In this document: piece after piece, positions 57,166 to 64,000 of the stretch | How positions within the stretch are numbered: position 1 is the first letter of the stretch | Layout of the letters: every line of letters starts with the position of its first letter | Source: Squalus acanthias | Lineage: Eukaryota | NCBI GenBank assembly: GCA_030390025.1 | Contig: CM059431.1 | Span: forward strand, 124,684,001 to 124,748,000 | Length of the DNA stretch: 64,000 nt | Reading direction: 5' to 3' | Notes under the pieces: generated by a model | Told to the model about the DNA's origin: nothing | Database searches by the model: none | Seen by the model: only the letters and a program-made list of their open reading frames with translations | Position numbers and translations under genes: made by a program

Positions 57166-60100
57166 TGTAAAGTTTCGCAATTATCGCGATTCAAAATAAC
57201 ATAAGAGAAGCAGATTCATTTGATCAGTTTTATTAAACGAAATGCTGTCCTGATAATAAAGGACACCGAAGCCTGTAAAATGGCCGCCGCGCATCGTGGC
57301 AGAAGCTTCCAGAAACACAGTGGGCAGACAAGATGGCGTCGAATATACATTCAGTATAAGATTGGATCATACTCGGTAAACATTGATAAAGACAGGATGC
57401 AACCCGTTTGCATCTTAAACAATAGCTAAGATATAAGTGCTGGAATCGTTTTCCTATGCACAGTAAGGATCATTGTACTGAGCAATCGAAGGCCCATCCA
57501 GACACATCAATATACAAATACCCCCCTGGCTCTACAATGAGAGAGACATTGACGGGTGATTAAGTCGGTATTCGGGGGGCCCCAAAAACCAGTCGAGGAG
57601 ACGATTCATACACATCCTGGCTGGGTCAACAATGGGGAAAACATTAACGGATAGTTGGCCAGTTTCAGGTGCTACCGAAACCCGTTAAAGAAGATAATCG
57701 CCCCATGCTGGGAGTTTTGAGTGCCAAATATTACACAGAGGACAAACATTAAGATTTGAGCAGGAGATAAGGAGGACACATCACTATAACTATAGAGAAC
57801 AAATGTCCATCGCTCTCTTATTCCCCGGGCTGACTCTTATTCGCTTGCCTCTTCATGAACTCGCTTGACTTGTGGGCTCTTGATTTTCTCTCTGGACTTT
57901 GTTGACTCTTGACTCTTAGCCGTACTGGTCGGTTATTCGAGTGTTGGGTGGAGCTCAATCGGTACGAGCCGCCCCGACAAGGGCAAGTAACAGGGTGCAC
58001 CATCCCAAGTGTCGGTAAACGGTGTCTGGACCCGGAGGCCCGAGGAGACGAGACGAGAAGAAGACGAGAAGAAGACGAGAAGAAGTTTCACGTGCCGCCA
58101 CGGTCAGTGAACCCCGACCGCGCCCGAAAAATATAAATACAGGACTCTTCTTTGAGTTCTACCGACTACAACCTGTGTCGAACACAGGAAGACTCTTCTT
58201 TGAATTGTATCCGAGTTCCGTCGAGTTCTTCATGACAACAGGGAGTCTGGCCTGCTTTTCGCAGCAGCGAAAGTAAACAAGTCGGGTGCAGAGACCCTTC
58301 CAAACACGTGACAGTCAGGCGCTGCAGCGAAACGAGCTGAGTGCCTCACTTTAAAATCTCTGAAGTAACACGAGTGGTGAGCATGCTTTCCGATCCTACA
58401 AATCCAGACGTAGTGTAGGTATTGTTAAGGGAGGGTGGTTTTAAATAAGGTTAAGAGATAATGTGTTCCCCTTTTTACGATGTGCCGTGTGTTCTCCATT
58501 TCCATAGACCAAGCTTTATGAATGTATGTATACTTGTACTATCTTTGATTTGCGCCTATGACATGTATTTCATGATTTTAGACGCCATGCAATAAAGATT
58601 TCCATTTTGTTCTATTCAACCGGGTCTATTTGAGTTTTTCTCTGCATTACTGCTCCCTGCACCTAAGTCCAGTGTTAGAACCGTAAGGGCGAGTGGGTCG
58701 AACCACTCACAGGTGCTTATTGCAAAAAGGCTGGCCGGAGACCAGAGCAAACATTAGTATAGGCAACAAAGGCCTAACCTCGCACCAGCACCGTCTGAGA
58801 CACGCCCCCCTTACAGAAAATGGCGACCGCGGCAGGACTCTGGCAGCAGGAGAGTAATGTTTTAGACCCTGGTTTGAATAGGTGAAATGTGATGGATGAG
58901 AAGGTAGCCGACTATGTGTTTGGGAAGGTTAACTTGACCAAAAAGTGGATAAGTGACCTACTGATGGATAAGCGTCTGCTAGACGCCGCCATCAAATGGA
59001 CAGGCAGTAAAGATCATAAGAAGTCGGTAGAGAAAGCGGTCTGGCTGATGTGCTACAAGAAGCAAGTCCAACTTTCGGACCAGGTCATTGCAGCACAGGC
59101 AGCTCAGATCAGGGGATTGGAAACTGAGATGGAGGAAAAGGTCACGGGAGGACAGAAACTCATTGCATCATTGAATGCGTTACATCAGGAACGCCAAATA
59201 GTAGCCAACCACCACGAGGCTAAAATTGATTACCTAGAATGTCAGGTCACGGAAGCAAAATTAAACGAGGGAAGGATTAGAGAACGGTGTATCCGCCTAG
59301 CTAACCAGATAAAATCCCAGGAAGAAAGCTTGAGGGGAGTTAGGGCGGCATACAAGATGGCCCTCGAGGATAGGCATGAGGGAGCCGACCACAGTGTTTG
59401 CCAGAGGGAGATAGAGAACCTAAGGGGGTCTATGAATAAGGCAAACGGCTTGGTGTGTCTCATCAGCCCGTCAGCGAGCCAGCCACAGGTGGGTAGGGAA
59501 TTCCCAAAATCCCTACCGGAAAAAGCAGAAGAGGTATCTACCACTATGCCCTCCGCGCCACCCAGCTATTCGGCAACCTGGGTAAGGGAGGAAGTGGTGG
59601 AAATAGAGAAGAAGGTTCCCGAGGTAGGACAATCCCCGGAGGTAGCGTCGAGACCGGGACCGATGTGTTCGGTCCGAGGTCATAAGGGAGGCCCAAATGA
59701 GGCAGATGGGGCAGACAGGGATGTCCAGAACCAACTTGTATTGCCCCACAGCTCACACCAGCTGAGAGCAATGATTAGCCATGTACGGAAGCTGTCCGAG
59801 TCAGAAGACCCTTCCGTACATTTTAGGGAAGTAGAACAGACCGCAGCGATTAATGGCTGCGACGATGAGGAAAAGACCAAAATGTTGCTGTTCTCTTTAG
59901 ATAGCTCGATCCTTCAGCGTCTCTCCGACGAGAGCAAGAAGGGGAATAAAACTTATGAGGAGTTACGGGACGAGGTCCTAGAAGTGTTAGGGACGGATGA
60001 CGAAGGTCCGTTCGTCAGATTGAGTCAAACCATACAGATGGAGGGAGAACCCCCGAAGGTTTTCGCCGACAGACTGTGGCCAGTATACCAGCATAGCTGC

Positions 60101-61346
60101 CCAGGTGCGCCAGAGCGCAGCTATCTGCACGGCGCCGGGAAAGCTCATTGGCTCAGGTGCATGGTAGCCAACAGCTTGCCAGCCGTCAGGGAGCAGGCCA
60201 GAGCGTAGTTTGATCCCACTAACCCCGACACAACGGAGGAATCTGTCCTGAATCGACTCACCATAGGGTATCGGAACACTAGGAGCACGGGAGCGCGTCC
60301 CCTTAAGGGAAAGGTGCATGAGGCAAAGCCCGCAGCTCCGGCTCAGAAAGAGTGGCATCAGGAGGGAAATCGCGCCCCACAAACCAGTGGTGTTTGTTAC
60401 GGTTGCGGGAAGACAGGTCACTGGCATAAAAACTGCAGGAATCCCAGGAAGGATTCCAGGGAAATAGCTCCCGCAGTCCGAACCCAAGCGCCTGTCTCTG
60501 AGAAAGGAGCTGGTGTGCCTATCCATCCCGATGCGATAGAATCAATGTTGGGAGCCATGCGGTCCCTTATGATTTCGCACGGGAAAGTGGCAGTTGTTAC
60601 CGGCCCCACAGATGCCACAAACCCATCCACCGGTACCCAATGACTAAAGCCCGCGCAGCCCGTTTACCTGTGTCCGCTCAGCTATGATGCGTGGAAAAGA
60701 CCCCTGGTAGAGATGGAAGTAGAGAAGCAGAAGGGTAGTTACTTGTTGAACACGGGAGCTTCATGCACCGTGATCCATACAGATAGCCCCTTTGACTCAC
60801 CACTGTCTACCAAGGTCCCATTCACATGAGCGGGGTTCACGGGAAAAGAGCAGGCTGACGCGTTCTCCATTCCGCTCTCCATTCATTTAGGAGCACTCCA
60901 CACCACATGGAAGTGCATACTGATGAAATGGCAAGAGTGGGGTGGCAGAGGTATCCTCGGATCGGATCTCCTAGCGGAACACGGGATCTTCGTGGACCTT
61001 AGGAATCACTGTCTCTGGGGAGCCAAGGGTGGGAAAGGCAAGGTAGTTGTAATCCCACGGAAGGAAGGAAAAGGGGCCCTGTGTACCATGAAGCCATCCG
61101 GAGGTTACGACCTCGGGCTTATGGTCGCGGATGTCCCAACGGACATGCAAACGTACGTGTCAGATAATATGCACGCGTTTGCAACCCACAAGCACGATTG
61201 TGGAAGGGTTACCGGGTTTGAGGTCAGCGTAGACGGGGACCCCATGACCCGGCCCCAAAAGCAGTATAACTTCCCCAAAGAAGCAGAACCCGACATGGAG
61301 ACAGCAATGTCCTCATTGGTGCAGCAGGGCGTGTTGAGACCGATAG
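57166..61346 (+). mobile_element. Copy C of the retrovirus-like family: LTR 57166-58815, PBS 58821-58838, gag and 5' pol; interrupted by copy D
   Basis: LTR TGTAAAG...TTACA; gag with stops at 58883 and 60206; protease D-to-N (LLNTG) and stop at ~60827. Confidence 0.92.
58820..60643 (+). pseudogene. gag: gag of copy C (two premature stops)
   Basis: Colinear with Gag of copies A and B; ends TGA-CTA. Confidence 0.9.
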
Positions 61347-64000
61347 TGTAAAGTTTCGCAATTATCGCGATTCGAAATAACGAGATAGAAGCAGATACGT
61401 TTGATCAGTTTATTTAAACAAAATGCTTTCATGATTAAACAGGACACAGAAGCCTGTAAAATGGCCGCCGTGCATCGTGGCAGAAGTTTCCAGAAGTACA
61501 GTGGGCAGACAAGATGGCGTTCGAATAAACATTTTCGATAAGCACTGATAAAGACAGGATGCAACCTGTTTGCATTTGTGACAATAGCAAAAGATATGAG
61601 TGCTGGAATAATTTTCCATGCACAAGTAAGGACCATTGTACTGGGCAATCGAAGGCCCATCCAGACACATCAACACGCAAATACCCCCACGGCTCTACAA
61701 TGAGAGAGCCATTCTCGGGTGATTAAACAAGTATTCGGGGGCCCCCAAAACCCAGCCAGGGAGGCTCCGAGCCGGTTCAACAATGGGGAAAACATTAACG
61801 TGTAGTTGGCCAGTCTCAGGTGCTACCGAAACCCGTTAAAGACAAGAATCACCCCATGCTGTGAGTTTTGAGCGCCAATATTTCACAAAGGACAAACATT
61901 AAGATTTGGGCGGGAGATAGGGGAACACAGCACTATAACTATAGACAACAAATGTCCATCGGTCTCTTATTTTCTCTTATCTCTGCGGACTCTTGACTGG
62001 GGCTGAACTCTGCAGGACGAGCAGCATTCTGTGTTTCTCTGGACTCTGTTGACTCTGGACTTTTAGCCGCACTGGACGGTTATTCGAATTGGAACGAGTC
62101 GCCCCGACGAAGGCCAGTGACCGGGTGCACCATCCCGAGAGTCGGTAAACGGTGTTTGGACCTGAAGGCCCAACAAGGCGAGACGAAATGACAAGAGAAG
62201 AAGAAGAATCCACGTGCCGCCGCGGTCAGTAAACCCCGACCGTGCCCGAAAATATACGACCCATTTCTTGAACTCTACAGGTTACTGCACGAACTGGTCG
62301 AAGACTCTTCTTTGAATTCTGCCGGTAACTGGTGTCGGTCCAGGAAGACTTTTCTTTGAGTTCTACATCCGGGCCCGAGCACTGTCGAGTTCTTCATGAC
62401 AACGGGGAGCCCAGCCTGCTTGCAGCAGCAGCGAAAGTAAACAAGTGGGGTACAGAGACCCCTCAAAACACGTGACAGTCAGGCGCTGCAGCGAAACGAG
62501 CCAAGCGCCTCACCTTAAAATTCTCCGAAGTATCACGAGTGGTGAGCATGTTTCCCGATCCTACAAATCTAGATGTAGTGTAGGTATTGATAGGGGAGGG
62601 TGGTTTTATTAAGGATAAAGTATAATGTGTTCCCCTTTTTACGATGTGCCGTGCGTTCTTCATTACCATAGACCAAGCTTTATGAATGTATCTATACTTG
62701 TACTGTCGTTAATTTGTGCCTATGACATGTACTTAATGATTTTGGACGCTATGCAATAAAGATTTCCATTTCGTACTATTCAACCGGGTCTATTTGAGTT
62801 TCTCTCTGCATTATTGCTCTCGCACCTAAGTCCAGTGTTAGAACCGTAAGGGCGAGTGAGTCGAACCACTCACAGGTGCTTATTGCAACAAGGCTGGCCG
62901 GAGACCAGAGCAAGCAATAGTATTAGGCAACGAAGGCCTAACCCCGCACCAGCACCGTCTGCGATACAAGCACGACACACAACCCCTTACAGAAAATGGT
63001 GACCACGAAGGGACTCTGGCAGCGAGAGAGTAATATTTCAGACCCTGGTGTGAATAGGCGAAATGTGATGGATGAGAGGGTAGCCGACTATGTGTTTGGG
63101 AAGGTTCACTTAACCAAAAGGTGGATAAGTGACCTACTGATGGATAAGCGTCCGCTAGACATAGCCATCAAATGGACAGGCAGTAAAGAGCATAAGAAGT
63201 CGGTGGAGAAAGCGGTCTGGCTGATGTGCTACAAGAAGCAGGTCCAACTTTCGGACCAGGTCATTGTAGCACAGGCAGCTCAGATCAGGGACTGTGAAGT
63301 TGAGATGGAGGAAAAGGTCACGGGAGGACAGAAACTCATTGCATCCTTGAATGCGTTACATCAGGAACGCCAGATAGTAGCCAACCACCATGAGGCTAAA
63401 ATTGATTACCTAGAGTGCCAGGTCACGGAAGCAAAGTTAAACGAGGGTAGGATTAGAGAACGGTGTGCCCGCCTAGCTAACCAAATAAAAGCCTAGGAAG
63501 AAAGCTTGAAGGGAGTTAGGGCGGCATACAAAATGGCCCTCGAGGATAGGCATGAGGGAGCCGACCACAGTGTTTGTCAGAAGGAGATAGGGAGCCTAAG
63601 AGAGGCCCTGAATAAGGCAAACGGCTTGGTGTGCCTCATCAGCCCGTCAGCAAACCAGCCACAGGTGGGTAGGGAATTCCCAAAATCCCTACCAGACAAA
63701 GCAGAGGAGGTATTTGCCACTGCGCCCTCCGCGCCACCCAGCTATACGGCAACCTGGGTAAGGGAGGAAGTGGTGGAAATAGAGAAGTAGGTTCCCGAGG
63801 TAGGACAATCCCCAGAGGTAGAGTCGAGCCCGGGACCGATGTGTCCGCTCCGAGGTCACAAGAGAGGCCCGAACGCAGCCAATGGGGATGACGGGGATGT
63901 CCTGAACCAGCTGGTATTGCCTCACAGCTCACACCAGCTGAGAGCAATGATTAGCCATGTACGGAAGCTGTCCGAGTCAGACGACCCTTCTGTACACTTC
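61347..64000 (+). mobile_element. Copy D, nested in the RT region of copy C; LTR 61347-62991, variant PBS 62997-63014, gag runs off the window
   Basis: Pol of C breaks at GVLRPI into TGTAAAGTTTCGC; gag with TAG stops at 63494 and 63788. Confidence 0.92.

Overview
Gene-free, transposon-dense vertebrate DNA, most likely from a cartilaginous fish, inferred from the mix of CR1, L2, Penelope, Harbinger and a SacSINE1-like DeuSINE. It holds four copies of one family of env-bearing LTR retroelements resembling lokiretroviruses (endogenous retrovirus-like). Copy B (38588-51109, minus strand) is very young and almost intact: two ~1.6-kb LTRs differing only by two small indels, a 4-bp TSD, open gag and env, and pol broken by one homopolymer base loss. 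Unusual features of the family: (1) the gag ATG overlaps the tRNA-Arg(UCG) primer-binding site, and one copy has switched tRNA isodecoder, changing the Gag N-terminus; (2) gag and pol are joined by an in-frame UGA-CUA(G) readthrough signal; (3) Gag has overlapping PSAP/PPxY late domains; (4) Pol has a degenerate tether plus a second intact RNase H and a long acidic integrase tail; (5) Env has an N-terminal Ig-like domain ahead of a furin-cleaved class I fusion protein resembling paramyxo/pneumovirus F. The rest is an old Mag-like Gypsy element, CR1 and L2 LINE fragments, Penelope elements with hammerhead motifs, Harbinger-related elements and MITEs, a SINE and a solo LTR, many nested. All alignments were done by eye; family names come from recalled motifs, not searches.
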